A DNA stretch of 64,000 nt from Raillietiella orientalis. Its lineage: Eukaryota. This document shows, piece by piece, positions 40,077 to 51,659 of this stretch. The stretch spans positions 124,001 to 188,000 of the forward strand of contig JAYWIR010000038.1 in assembly GCA_036172245.1 (NCBI GenBank). Direction: 5' to 3'. Made by a program: the position numbers and the translations under genes. The number at the start of each line of letters is the position of its first letter. Position 1 is the first letter of the stretch. The notes beneath the pieces are model-generated. The model did not search any database and was not told the DNA's origin. It worked only from the letters and a program-made list of their open reading frames with translations.

Positions 40077-40146
40077 ATTGGCCGCCGGCGGGTGCATTTC
40101 GTTTCGGTCGGCGTTTCCGCGGAGCAGATCTCGGCGAACATAAATA
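40077..40146 (+). promoter_or_regulatory. H2B promoter: inverted CCAAT (ATTGG 40077-40081) and TATA-like CATAAATA (40139-40146)
   Basis: Motifs lie 70-140 nt upstream of the ATG in CpG-rich DNA. Confidence 0.55.
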
Positions 40147-40215
40147 GCGGGCGGCGAAAGGGACTGCGACAGTCTGAAGGGTGTAGTGAGTAGCGTATTG
40201 CCGTGTGGATTCGAA

Positions 40216-40590
40216 ATGGCTCCGAAGTCTGGTAGTGGGAAGGCGGTGAAGAAGGCGGGCAAGGCGCAGAAGAATATCACGAAGGGCGACAAGAAGAAGA
40301 AGCGGAAGAGGAAGGAGAGTTACGCCATCTACATCTACAAAGTGCTGAAGCAGGTGCACCCGGACACGGGCATCTCCAGCAAGGCCATGTCGATCATGAA
40401 CAGCTTCGTGAACGACATCTTCGAGCGCATCGCTGCAGAAGCGTCCCGCCTGTCCCACTACAACAAGCGCACCACCATCACCAGCCGGGAGGTGCAGACG
40501 GCGGTGCGTCTGCTGCTGCCTGGGGAACTGGCTAAGCACGCCGTCTCGGAGGGAACGAAAGCCGTGACCAAATACACGAGCTCGAAGTAA
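40216..40590 (+). CDS. H2B: Histone H2B, replication-dependent type (124 aa)
   Basis: Intronless [58 protein letters not shown]...AVTKYTSSK*, followed by a histone stem-loop. Confidence 0.98.
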   Translation: MAPKSGSGKAVKKAGKAQKNITKGDKKKKRKRKESYAIYIYKVLKQVHPDTGISSKAMSIMNSFVNDIFERIAAEASRLSHYNKRTTITSREVQTAVRLLLPGELAKHAVSEGTKAVTKYTSSK

Positions 40591-40627
40591 ACTCTGCTTC
40601 CGCCAGCCCGTGCATGCCAACCAACAA

Positions 40628-40643
40628 GGCCCTTCTCAGGGCC
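40628..40643 (+). promoter_or_regulatory. Histone 3' stem-loop
   Basis: ggccct-tctc-agggcc preceded by aacaa and followed by acc. Confidence 0.92.
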
Positions 40644-43600
40644 ACCTCAGTGTTTTCGGAAGGCTGACCAGTAAAGAATGGGCGTTGCCTGTGTGACGGT
40701 TCGTTCACTTTTACTCCCGTTGCCTTGTGCGGGCGACTGTATGTCCGCTGGCACGGACGCCTCGAGCGCCAGTCGCCGGAGCCACAGGAGGAAAAACGGA
40801 ACGCTAGCCTTTCCCGCCGTGAGGTGCCAGCGGGAGGGCAGGCATCCCGATCCCGCTAAGACTGGGACCGCACAGCTTCGGTGCCCGGGGGTCGGCTCGC
40901 ATTTGCAGGACCCTGGGAGGGGTGCGCCGAGGTTTCGTCGGCGTTTGCGCGGGAGGGCGGGGGTATCGCACTAAGGGGCACCGCGGACGAAGTACCTCGG
41001 GTGCCATCACCCCTGCTGGTTCGCGTGTCCCGAAGTGCCGGTACAGAGGCGCCTCGTGCCCGGGTGTCACGCGTGGGGTGAGCCACGAACGACCGGGCAG
41101 GGGTCGTCTACCTGAGCGTGCGGGGACCGATGGCACGGCCACGGTGCCCGTAGTGGGCGTGCGCATCCTGGAACGCGAGGCGCCACGAAAGGCGCGCCTC
41201 CAGTTTCCATTCGCCAGGGTTGCGCGCGCATCAGTTGCTGTTTGACCTTTCGTCGCATCGTTGCCTTAGGTGATTATTCCCTCTGCGTTTCCCAAGCAGT
41301 GGAGGAATGGCTAAGGCAATGCACGCGTTCTTCTGTAGCTGCTTGTCGGTCCCCTCTTTTTCTCCCCTTCAACGCGCGTCGCTGTGATTTTCCACGCCGA
41401 GGGAAGGAACCGCCAAGGCACGTGCGGGGCTGCTTAAAATGCAGGTGCGCGGCGCTGACCCGGAATGGTTGGTGGCTCGCAAAATCACAGGACCGATGCC
41501 GGTGGCAGCGCCGCTGCAGCGGTCAGCAGGTTTTCTCTTTTTCCCCCTGCACTGAGGGCGCGTGCGCTACGCACGTGCGAAGTGTTTTCAGGTGCTCCGT
41601 GACACCGAACGTTCTGGTTCGAAGAGCACGGGTTCGAAGCGTCTGGTGGTTTCAAGCTGTCCGTGCCCACCGACCACTCGAGGCGGAAGAACACGTAGAG
41701 TGGCCGATTGAAGGGGGGCCGCGGGGAATGGGTCACGTGGGATCCCTTACCAACGTAGCGATGGTGGATGGTGTGTTCCCTACGCAGATAAACGCCTGCT
41801 GCCGATGGATGGGGGAGGCAGAGGGGACAACTTCCGACGTGAGACAACCAGAACACAGGGGTCGTTGCGCGCCTTTCGGGCAGGTGCGTGAAGGGCAAAG
41901 CCGTGCAGAGATCTTTTCTCCTCTGTCATGGAAACGGCAACCGCGCAATCGAAGGAGCCACGCAAACGCCGATCTCGGCGTGCGCCGCTGCGGAATCGGG
42001 CGGCGTTCCCAGGACACGCACCGGAGTAGTTACGGTTTCTTCAGGGCCGCAGAGGTGGCAGGTCTGTACGGGGGGCGCTTGACCCGCCCAGCGCGAACCT
42101 CCGAACTACCGGTCTTGCCGAGTTCCGGACACACAGGGAAGGAATGCAGGGAGCTCGTGACATGGCGGAGCGGGGGGAGGGAGGAATCAGGCCGCAAGGA
42201 ATCCAACAGCCTGGATAAACAGATCAGAACGATCGTGGAAGGTGGCAGCATCACGAACATGAAGGGGAACGGACAGCGGGAAACCCTTTCGAGAAAGGAA
42301 GAACGTGGATACAAGCACCAGTCGCTGGAGGAAAGGGAAGAAGGAGCCATCCCGCTGATGCGAAAGGCGCTGCTCAAGAAGGCCAAACTCCGAAGAGGAA
42401 ATCTGCCGGTAAGGGCAAAGGAAACGCCGTCGGCGAGGGAAGCACGGAAAGTGAAGGGGGCAAGGTCGTAGGTCGGTTCGGCAAGCGGGCGGCGGCGGGC
42501 GCGCAGGTGTACAAAGCCATACCCGATGTGCACAGGACACGGGGAAACGGTAGCTGCGGGGGAGGGCATTCGAGGAGAGACTCGCGCGGACAGGAGAATC
42601 CAAGAAGAGGGAAAGCGGTCAGCAGAAGGGTGGCAAGTCCCTAAGCACGGCCAGCCACCACCTTCTATCCATCGGTGGCATGCGGGCTGCATCGTGGGAT
42701 GCTGACAGATCCACGAGCCTCAGGAGATCAAAATCACGAGGGAATCAGGGAAAGAGAGGAATCCCGCGTCGCCCGATACACGGAAGAAGGGCGGAAGGAG
42801 TTGGCGGGGACGCCCACTTGGATTAGCGCCAGCAGCATAGGTCGAAGGGAGAACGCAGGCTCGACTCCCTCGGTCCTAGGGAAGTCTTAATTCGGGAATG
42901 AGACACAAGCGGTGGCGTTCAGGATGGCCAGGAGATCGGGTCACGAACGGGTGTCCGTAATCAGCGTGTACATCAAGACGGTCTTTCAACAAGACCGCCT
43001 ACGTGCCCGTAACAGCTGACGACCTCAACGCGGCCGCTGACACGGAATGACGGAAGCGCCAGGGAGGAGGCGCATCATAGGAACCCAGGAACAACACCGG
43101 GCGTGACGCGACGCACCAGGAAGGGTCCGCGCAACGTGCTCTGGAGGGCAGCGGCGAACAGGGCATCGGAATGGGCGGACAGCTCCCGTCGCCACGGGCA
43201 AGCCAGGTGGCACAAACAAGAAGTGCCGGGGAGACCGACCCAGGAACGCTGCTCCCGGGGGAAGATGGGAACGCTCCGCAAGGGGCGGTTCGCTCGTTCG
43301 CGGAGGCGCAGCGCCAGGGGGTTAAGAGGGAAGGAGGGATGGGAGAGAAACGAGGATTCCGGGCAGCACTCGTGGAGCACGCGCTGGCCGTCGCGAAGGA
43401 GGAGAAACCCCGAGGATAGGCACAGGACCGACGTGTAAAATGCTTCGCAAGGTCAGAGTGCGCGCAGGATGGAGAGACACCGCGCGAATCTTATGTCAAC
43501 ATCGCGAGGGATCGTGCGAGAAGAGGGGAGGGGGAGCTCGTTGCCTAGGCAACGAGCCCGCTCGGAAGCATCAGGGCGAGTTCGGGTGAGGCCGACCGAG

Positions 43601-45384
43601 GTGGGCCTTCCGGCAAGCCGAGGAGAAGGAAAGACGCCTTGCATCTGGAGCTGGACCAGGTCACTGGCAACGCCTGGGGATCTGCGCGTCGTCATCGGTA
43701 CCCACGCGCTTTGCGACCTTCTACAACCAGGAAATCTCTCCAACCCTTTCGCGCCAAGGGAGTTCGTCAGCATCCGCAGACAGGGACCGGCCCGGATCGC
43801 GCCGACCCCGACCCGACAGACTGCGCGGAATCTTCGCCCAGGCCGGGGGTGCCGCGCGGACGCCTCGACTTCGGCGGAGAGGTAGCGGACTTCTTCTTGG
43901 GCTGGAACCTTCCGTGGGAATCGCGTGCCCTCGTTCCCCGGGGATCTCCCGCTTCATCGTAGGACCACCGCCGCCTCGCGACCGGCGTTCGTAGCCATGG
44001 AGATTTTCGTCCTTCGTCGTCCGCCCCAGAGGGTGCCTTTCTAAAATTGCCCCCCACCCCCTACCCCCACGTGCCACTGGAATGAGGAAGCCTGAGCCAT
44101 CAGGGACGGGAGGGCTTCACTGGGCGCTCCGGTTCCACAGTGTCTCCCCCCGAGGGCCTCTCCTGCCGCGTCTTCGGACTCGGCGGCCGACTCGCCACAG
44201 GCGATGCCCCGCCGAGTGAGGGTATAGCGGCGGATGCTAGGATGGATGAGAGGAAGAGGGACACGGTCGGCATCCCGGAGAGCCACCGGCAGTCGCCATC
44301 TCCTGTGTGTGTGTCGAGGGCGGCGGAAGGGTCCAGTGGGGGGACATGGGTTAGAGGGGTGGGTCCTTCCTCCACAGTGGGGTCTGCGGCGGGCGGCCGC
44401 CCTGCTCCGGGAGGCGTCCTGGGGGCGCGCCTGCTCACGAGCGGCTTGCCCGGAGGGGTGACGAGTGGGGCAAGGTGATGGCGGTAAAAGAAGCCAACGA
44501 AAGGAACGGCAGCAGCCGAAGCATTTTCGGGAGGGCCGGGAGCTCCGGGAAGGCTCTGTGGCATCCTGCCCGGGGCGCAGTCGAGCTCCCCCTTGCAGAG
44601 TGTGGAAGTGCAGCCATCTTGTCTCCACCCTCAGGAAGGGGGATGCTGTACGGTCTCCTCCCTCCTCCGTGCGCCGACACGCACGGAGGGAGGGGGAGCG
44701 TGTAGGCGCTCCTTTCCAGCCTCCCTCTGGAGGATTGGAGGGCTGCGGCGAAACGCTCCCGCGCGCTCTGGAGTGCAACGCGCTCGCTAGGCTGGGAAGG
44801 CCCTCCTCCCGGGGACAAACTGTCCCACGGTCCGGTGGAGGCAAGGCATGTCGTGAGGGATGGCCCGAGGCAGCGAGTGCTGCCACCTTCAGAGGAGGCG
44901 CGGAGCTGTACGGGAACGCAGCGGTGGGGACCTCGGCGTTCCGAGTGGAACCGCGCGGCGGAGAGGCCCCTCGGGGTGGTCACTCCCTGGAAGTGCCTCC
45001 CGTCTTTTCCCCCCTTCAAATTCCTCCCACCGCGTTCCCCAAGCTCTTCCGCTTCTTCGGCTGTTGGCGAAGACGCCTCCGGTGGTTTTCTGGCTTACGG
45101 GACCCCGGGGGGAAGGCACCCGATCGAGGAGGCGGCCCGGCGTCCGTCGAAGTCGATGTCGCCGTGCCCGTCGAGGGGTCTCCTGCCAGCTCCCCACGCC
45201 TTCCGGAGGTGCAGTTGACCCACGGCGCCCGAGGCACGACGAAGTCCGCGGGCGCGCTAGGAGTCCTTCCACGTCGCGGGCTCCAAGCCGCCTCGACCTT
45301 TCCCCTCCCCACCTTCAAGATCACCCAGATTGAACTGCGGGTTCGTCCGCACTTGGGTGGCGGCGGTCCCCCGGTTCTGCATTA

Positions 45385-45670
45385 CCAAATTCCATTTATA
45401 TTGGCTAACGATACTCGTTTTTTCTCGGTGTCGTATCGAATTTATTATATTGTTTTTCATCTTTGCGATATCTTAAAAATGTCGAATAATTTTGAAGAGT
45501 GTTAACAAATAAATAATTATCATAGTACAGTAAGTAATAAATAATTACATAAAGTCAGTCGGTACCTCGATCGAGTGCGCGGTACGCGAAAAAGCGTTCC
45601 GTCCACCTGCGACTCGCGTGTCGTCAACACGGAACGCCTACATCGGATGGGCTTCGCACCCAAAGGGTTG
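45385..45670. repeat. Cassette with AT-rich core, repeated at 56118-56480
   Basis: aaattccatttatat...tgtcgtat..tttattat.ttgtttttcatctttg.gatatcttaaaaatgt and agtcagtcggtacctc...gaaaaagcgt...tgcgactcgcgtg occur in both, same orientation. Confidence 0.85.
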
Positions 45671-45799
45671 AAACCTAAAACGAGCCCACAAATCTTGGTG
45701 AAACACGTGGTGCCACCACGCTCAGTTTGTGCACGGACCTGCCGGGCTACTGATCCGCAGACCGGCGAGGTTCCCCCTCGACAGCGGAGAGGAAGGGGA

Positions 45800-47050
45800 A
45801 AACAAAAAGAAAAAAACATAAAAATAAACACCCTGGAGGGCCGGGAGGGGACCACTGTGCGCTGGAGGGAGTTCTCTGCATCCTTTCTAGGATGGGCAGC
45901 TAGGTTCGTCCGTATGCTGACGCAGATGGGGCCGTCTGGCCGCGATCCGCAGAAAGCCAGCTGAGAACCGGACGGCGACCCTCTCGTTTCTTCCTCCGTC
46001 GGCCTCGCTCCAGGATGCCGCAATCCTGCGGATGAAGCAAGGAGCTGCTAATGGGGCTGCGGCTGGCTGCAGAGCGCCCCGCGCAAAGAGGAGTCCGTAA
46101 AACGTCCCCGGAGTTGCCACTAGGGGTCCTTAGGGTGGTCCCAGAACATTCCCGCAGGGGCCGGAGGGCAACGAAGTCCATTAGCATTGAGGGGAGGGAT
46201 TCGCGTTCCCCGCACCTGCGACAGGGTTCTGGGCTCGCCTCCACCCCCCAGGTCCAGCGATGCCGGCATGGGGTTGCAGGGGAAACCCCAGCGCAACAGC
46301 AGAAGTGCCGACTGCTGCCGCTTCAAGGGGAGGGTGCTGCTATCCTTGAACACCGGGGGCCATTCCAGGTCTTCGCTATGAATACCGGGCAGCTCGCCCC
46401 AGAGCTGTGGTCCTCGTGGAAGAGCACTCGGGATCGCAGTAGCCACCCCTTGGTCCATCCATACATCCTTTTCCGCCTGCCTGCAATCTTGCAGGAGACC
46501 TCCGGCCTCGGCAGGTGGTCGGCTGTCTCCGAGCGCCCTCCTCAGGAAGGGCGTCGTTGCCGCGAGGGGGGTCCGCTGCGCCCGCGCGCTGGGACACTCT
46601 CGCTTCTTCTCCGGAGGGATATCCCGGATAGGATGCGATCCTCCTTTCTCCCTCAGAAGGGACGTGCCCCATTTTCTCTGTAGGGCGCCTCTCCGAAGGG
46701 AGCAGCGCGCTACTTCTTCACACCCTGGAGAGGCGATCCCCCGAAGGGGCGTCAACCAGCTCCAAGCTACGCGATGAACGGCTCCCCCTTCATCACCGGG
46801 GGAGAACCTCGAAGGACTCCTTGAGCTGTCCTGGAAGGACCCCGTGAGGGTCAACCCCAAATTCCAGCCAGTCGACGGGGGCATCCGAATTCCCGCCAGT
46901 GCCGCCGCACCCGCAGCCCAACGGCCAGCTGACATTATCCTGCGGGGGGTGGGAAACCCGCTACGCATCCCCCGTACTCGACGTCGGTCCTTCCCCGGGA
47001 GGGATTCGAACCTGCGACGCACAGTGCGGCTCACCACATGGCGCCGTCGA
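45800..47050 (-). mobile_element. Internally deleted LINE fragment (endonuclease-like piece joined to 3' end)
   Basis: WPPVFKDSSTLPLKRQQSALLLLRWGFPCN (46120-47232) and CRRCGERESLPSMLMD...IRRIAASWSEA (45887-46244) match the 59-kb copy. T-rich 3' UTR at 45800-45830. Confidence 0.75.
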
Positions 47051-47879
47051 CGCGGCCCCCACTGAGGGCTCGAGAGGGTGAGGGAAGGGTTGGTCACGCT
47101 GTCTCGTGCTGGAGCGGACGGCGTGGGAACGCCGTGCAATTCTGTGCGAAGCTGCGCAGCCCAGGCGGCAGGGGGTACTGGGACTCCGGGCTGGCGCTCG
47201 GAGATCTCCCCTCTGCACTCCCAACTGGACATTGTCCCGTGGCGTCTTCCCGGGGACTCCAGAGCGAGGCCGCGTCGACGCCACGCCTAGGGGGGCGTCG
47301 CGTCCCCACTGTGCGAGTAGGGGCGCGCGCACCATCGGGTCGATATGGATCTCGTGAGGGTGGTGGTGGTGGTGGGTGTGACCAGAGGTCTCTGCTGAAG
47401 ACGGTCCCAGGGACATTCGGCAAGGATGTTTCCGAGCCAGTGTCCGCTGACCGGCTTCGGTGGCAGCAGCGCTGTGTCTCGTCCTCAGGGGCGCCCTCGC
47501 TGGCCTCCCAAGGGGGTGCTCCCCTCGAGATGAGGTTTCCTCCTGCAACGAGAACAGGGAAAGGGAAGAGGGGCAGCGTCTCTCCCGAGTGCGGCAGCTG
47601 CGGAACTGTCGAATTTCCACGCAGCTTCCGCGCGCGTGCGTTGGCGAGCTGCAGCACCTTCCGTCGGTCGTGGGAGTGTCTGTCTTCAGCGCCCCTGCGC
47701 CCTCGGGCTACGACGGCGGAGCTGCTACTACATCGCGAGGGGGTGGGGGACGTCCCTCTCCAGCCGCAGTGGTGACAACTTCGCGTTGCGTCCTCCACGG
47801 CACGTCATTGGGAGGGCATCCGGACTGGATCAACCTGGGGACCCCCACGGGCAGGCGCTTCAAGTCCCTCAGTGTACCA

Positions 47880-48325
47880 GTGGACGACTTCTGCGGGGCA
47901 GCGGCGTGGTCCGGCAGCCTTCCAAAAAACAGAGAGGGCCCTCGGCCCGTTCCCAAAGGGCGGGCAGCACCTCCCTCTGGAACCGGAACCTTTTTGTCGT
48001 CACCTCTCCTCCTACCCTTTGTTTTTGTCTTTGTTTCTCTCCCGTCAAGGCGGGGCAGAGGGCCGAAGGGCTGTCGAGGAAGGTCCTTCGGTGCACCTCG
48101 CGGCCCCGTGTCCGCCCGAAGGACATCCCAGCCCCACGGTGGGATGTCGGTCTCGGCATCGGGACGTGGGGAAGGTCATGAACTGCAGCTCCGTTTCCAA
48201 AGACTCGCCCTGATGGAGAGGGTGCGGAGGCAGCAGTAGTGCCTCCCCGCTCACCGCATTCTCGGGCGGGCGACCGGTTGCGAGGGACCGATGGCCCTGC
48301 TCCCTCGCAACCGGAGGGGGATAGA
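47880..48325 (+). repeat. Direct repeat of 33600-34045
   Basis: See 33600-34045. Confidence 0.93.
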
Positions 48326-48970
48326 GTATGGGGTTTCCCCTGAGGCACCTGCTGGAGACCCACGAGTGGATCTCCTGCCGCCCTGGGAACTTTGGCGCCT
48401 GGCGGCAGGTATGCGTGAATCCCTGGGCATAGCCGACCAGCTCCAGCCCTGAAGATCTCGGGCCAGTCCAGCGGCTGGGCAGGTTGTTCCTGCAAAGGAT
48501 CGCCGAGGATCGGACCCAGTGGGCCTGCGCACCCGCCACACCCTTGCCCGCAGCTCTGCCCTCCCTACGAGAAAGCCACGTCAATTGGCAGCCGAGGGGG
48601 TGGCTGGGAGCGTGTTCCCCTGCGCTATCTCAGGAGTGGAGAGGTTTCTGGAGCAGGAGGGAAGGAGGGTACCGCGAAACCGCTAGCCGACGCGGTTATG
48701 CCCTCCTTCCGGGAGGAGGAACCTTGTCGGAGGGCTGAATTTTCGAGTGTGACCACGGAAAAACCGCGCGTTTCTCCCCTGCGCGCCTGGACGGTTCCGT
48801 GCCGCCCCCTCAGGCAACTACGCGATGTGGTGCTTCTCTCACACCGGGGAGTCCTCCTTGAGACGAACGCTTGCACCACATGACGAGGGAGGGGAGAAAG
48901 GGGGGGAGCAGCGTCTCTCCCGAGTGCTGTGGGGGCGGTCGGATCGACGCTCCCCCGCACTCGGGTTTCC

Positions 48971-49620
48971 ACCCGGTTTTCCCGGGGCGTTCATCCTCAG
49001 AAAGAACAACCCTGCGAAAGTGGGGGCCCAGGGGTCCATCGCTCTCTCCTGGACTGGCAGGAAGCCGGCGCGCAGACCGGTGAGGTTCGTCTCGGCGCCA
49101 GAAGGGGGTGGGACAAACAAAAATAATAGAGTAAAAGTGCATATATGTACATACACATATATGTATATATAAGAAAAAAAAACCTGTGGAGGGATCGGGA
49201 AGGGGTCGCATTCTTCCGGAGAGCGTCCTCCGCATCCCTGGCAAGATGCTGACTAGTTTCCACCGGACCGTTCCCAGGTGGCGCCATCTCTTTGCGACCT
49301 CGGTGAAGCGGGCTGCAAGGCGGGTGGCGTCGCTGCTGCCTCCTCTGCTTGCTCTCTGGGCCGCCGCCGCAATTCTGCGCGGGCAGCCAAACGCTGCTGG
49401 CGCGAGGATATCGAGCGCGAAGGGACGTTTCCCACCGTCTCTGGGATCCTGCCATCTTGGGGTCCGCAGGGTAGCGGCGAAGCACCCCTAAACGGGGACC
49501 CGGAGGGCAACACAGCCCACAAACTCCTGTCGATGGGCAGCGAAGTGGGGACGCGGCCACCTTCCGCCCTCCTGCATCCTAGGGGTTTGCCGCTGGTCGA
49601 ACTGCTGCGTCAGCTCTTTC
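48971..49620 (-). mobile_element. LINE 3'-end fragment
   Basis: DNA similarity to 59100-59290 (ggagggcaacacagcccacaa vs gaagggcagcacaatccacaa). T-rich UTR at 49115-49182 and terminal motif at 48971-48994. Confidence 0.55.
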
Positions 49621-51659
49621 CGGCGAGGGGACGGGGTCAGGGGGGGGGGAGAATTCGCCACCTCCCGCCCGCAGCAATGGCGACGTCGCGCCGCGTCGTC
49701 CGCGACGCCATCGAGGTCCGCTGAGCGCTCGAGGCCCGCGACAACCGCCAGCGGGAAGCCATCGGCGTCTCGACCCCTTGGCGAGGGAGACTTGCAGGTG
49801 ACCCCGCGCGAGGAGTCAGCAGGGAAGTCGCGATCATCATGCTGGGGTCGTAAAGGAGAAGCAGCAATCCCTACGTTCCCACCCCTCACCCGCCCTTTGC
49901 TTACCCCTTGTTCCCCTTTGCAATGCTGCGGGCAGTTCCGTCGGCTGACCTACGAGTAGGTGAGCCCTCCCGACTGTAACTTCTTTAATTATTTCGGCGC
50001 TCAGGACTCTGTCCCGTGCAGGCAGCCACTGTGCTCTTCCCGACCTGAGCACTGCCCACAGCGGGAGGCTACATCTTGCACGTCTCCCGCTGGTTGTCCG
50101 CTGCTGCAGACGACGTCCGCGAGTCCCGGACGGAACGCGTGCCTCAGGGGTGATCCGGCTGGCTGCACCGGGTCTCGGAGCGCTGAAGAAACCCACGCAT
50201 TCGCGGTTCCCTCCACGGGCCCGCATGTGAGGAGGAAGGATGGTGGTCTCGTCCCCCGCTGCGCCCCTAAGGCACGTCCGATCCGCTTCGCATCCAAGGT
50301 CAAGTCATCGCCACGGGGCGTGAACGGTGGCACGTTTGCTCCAGGAGGTTTCCCTCCTCCGACGGCAGGGCCGCAGTCGGTGCTTCCGACCGATAGAGAC
50401 CAGACTCTTCGCGGTGCAGCCCTCGGCGCCTGCGTGGGTGCGAGGCCTGCCAAGTCTCTTCCCAGGACGCAACCGAAGGAAGGACTCGGTCCCAGCTCAG
50501 CTCCTGGGGAAACGTCCCTGCCACAGAAGGGACGATCCACAGAAGCAGCCACTTCCTCGCCCGGGGGCTCACCAAGATAGGAGGAAGCCGCAACCAGGTC
50601 GCTCCGCAGTGCTTCCGCAGTTGGCGGCGATACCGGTAGATGGGGACAGCGCATCCTCGGCAACCATCTTTTTTTTCTCTCCGGAGAAACCTACGGAGAC
50701 CGCAGCTCCCGCAGCGTGGCAGGCAGACCCGAGCAGCCAGTGCTGAGTCCGCGCGCGTCTTCGGCAGCCGCCCTGACCACCACCAGCAGAGAACGCAAGA
50801 GCTGGTCCCTCTTTCCTCTTCCTCCCCGCTCCGCTCGCGGAGTTCCGCTCTGTTCCCTCTCTCTGCACACTTTCGGAGCAACGCTTCCTGGCACTGCTGG
50901 AGAAGCACTGCAGCTCACAGCACGGAAGCCACGGCCCTTCGGTGCCGCAAGAAGCGCTCGGCACCGCCACCGGTCGACCACCCTGATGGCGGCTGCCTCT
51001 TTCGTAGGTGCTAGGGACTGTGGGAGAGAACGACGAGGTTTCGAGTGGGCAGGGGCAAGGCATGCTGTGGGAGACGGGGAGCACCGCTCCTTGCCCTCCC
51101 AAGCCCTTCCTCCCTCATTTGGCTGGAAATTCCGTCCTAGTCCCGTGCTGTTCTCTCCCGCCAGGATTCGTCCTCGCAGAGAGCCTTCCTCAGAGCGGCC
51201 CTCATCCTGTTGGCGGGCGCGCAAAGCGCCCGTCGTCCATGCCCTCGCAGACTGCTCTCCGACCTTCCGCCTCCGGGAACGTCCGGTTCGCGAACCGCGA
51301 ACGAATCCCCCCTCCCCACCCGCATCGTTGAGGGCGAACGCGCCCCTGTCGCGCCCATGGAAGACAGGCGCCTTTCAGCGTGGCTCGGTTCGGCGCAGGG
51401 ACTTCCGTCTTTCGGACCTGAAGCTGCAGCCGGTGCTGCTGCTCCCTCTGGCGCCAACTCGCGGAGGGGCGTTGGAACTGGCCCCATCGCTGGTGAGTCT
51501 GCCATCAACTCCATCTGGGCCAAGTCGGTGGTGGGGTCTTTGGGGCTCTCGCGGGGCGGCCCTATCACCAGGAGGAATGCAAGCGGGGAAACGTGTATTT
51601 ACGTCGAGGGCAGGCGTGCCCCGTTGATGGAGAAAAGGAAGGGAGAGTCCGAGGTTTGA

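Noticed and set aside
36627..40215. Upstream TTG/GTG starts for H2A (36627) and H2B (40186) in the ORF track
   Set aside because: Bacterial-style starts. The true ATGs are at 36639 and 40216.
47000..47020. tRNA/B-box-like GGTTCGAAT on the minus strand (also ~7146-7160, ~32690-32706, ~61937-61952)
   Set aside because: No cloverleaf, T-stem pairing or convincing A box. The position corresponds to the degenerate VAGDFN endonuclease region of the LINE.
41242..51627. Many long overlapping ORFs (e.g. 41242-42471, 44465-45505, 47460-48239, 50716-51627)
   Set aside because: Arg/Pro/Gly/Ser-rich translations in several frames at once with no recognisable domain, as expected from stop-poor GC-rich decayed repeats.
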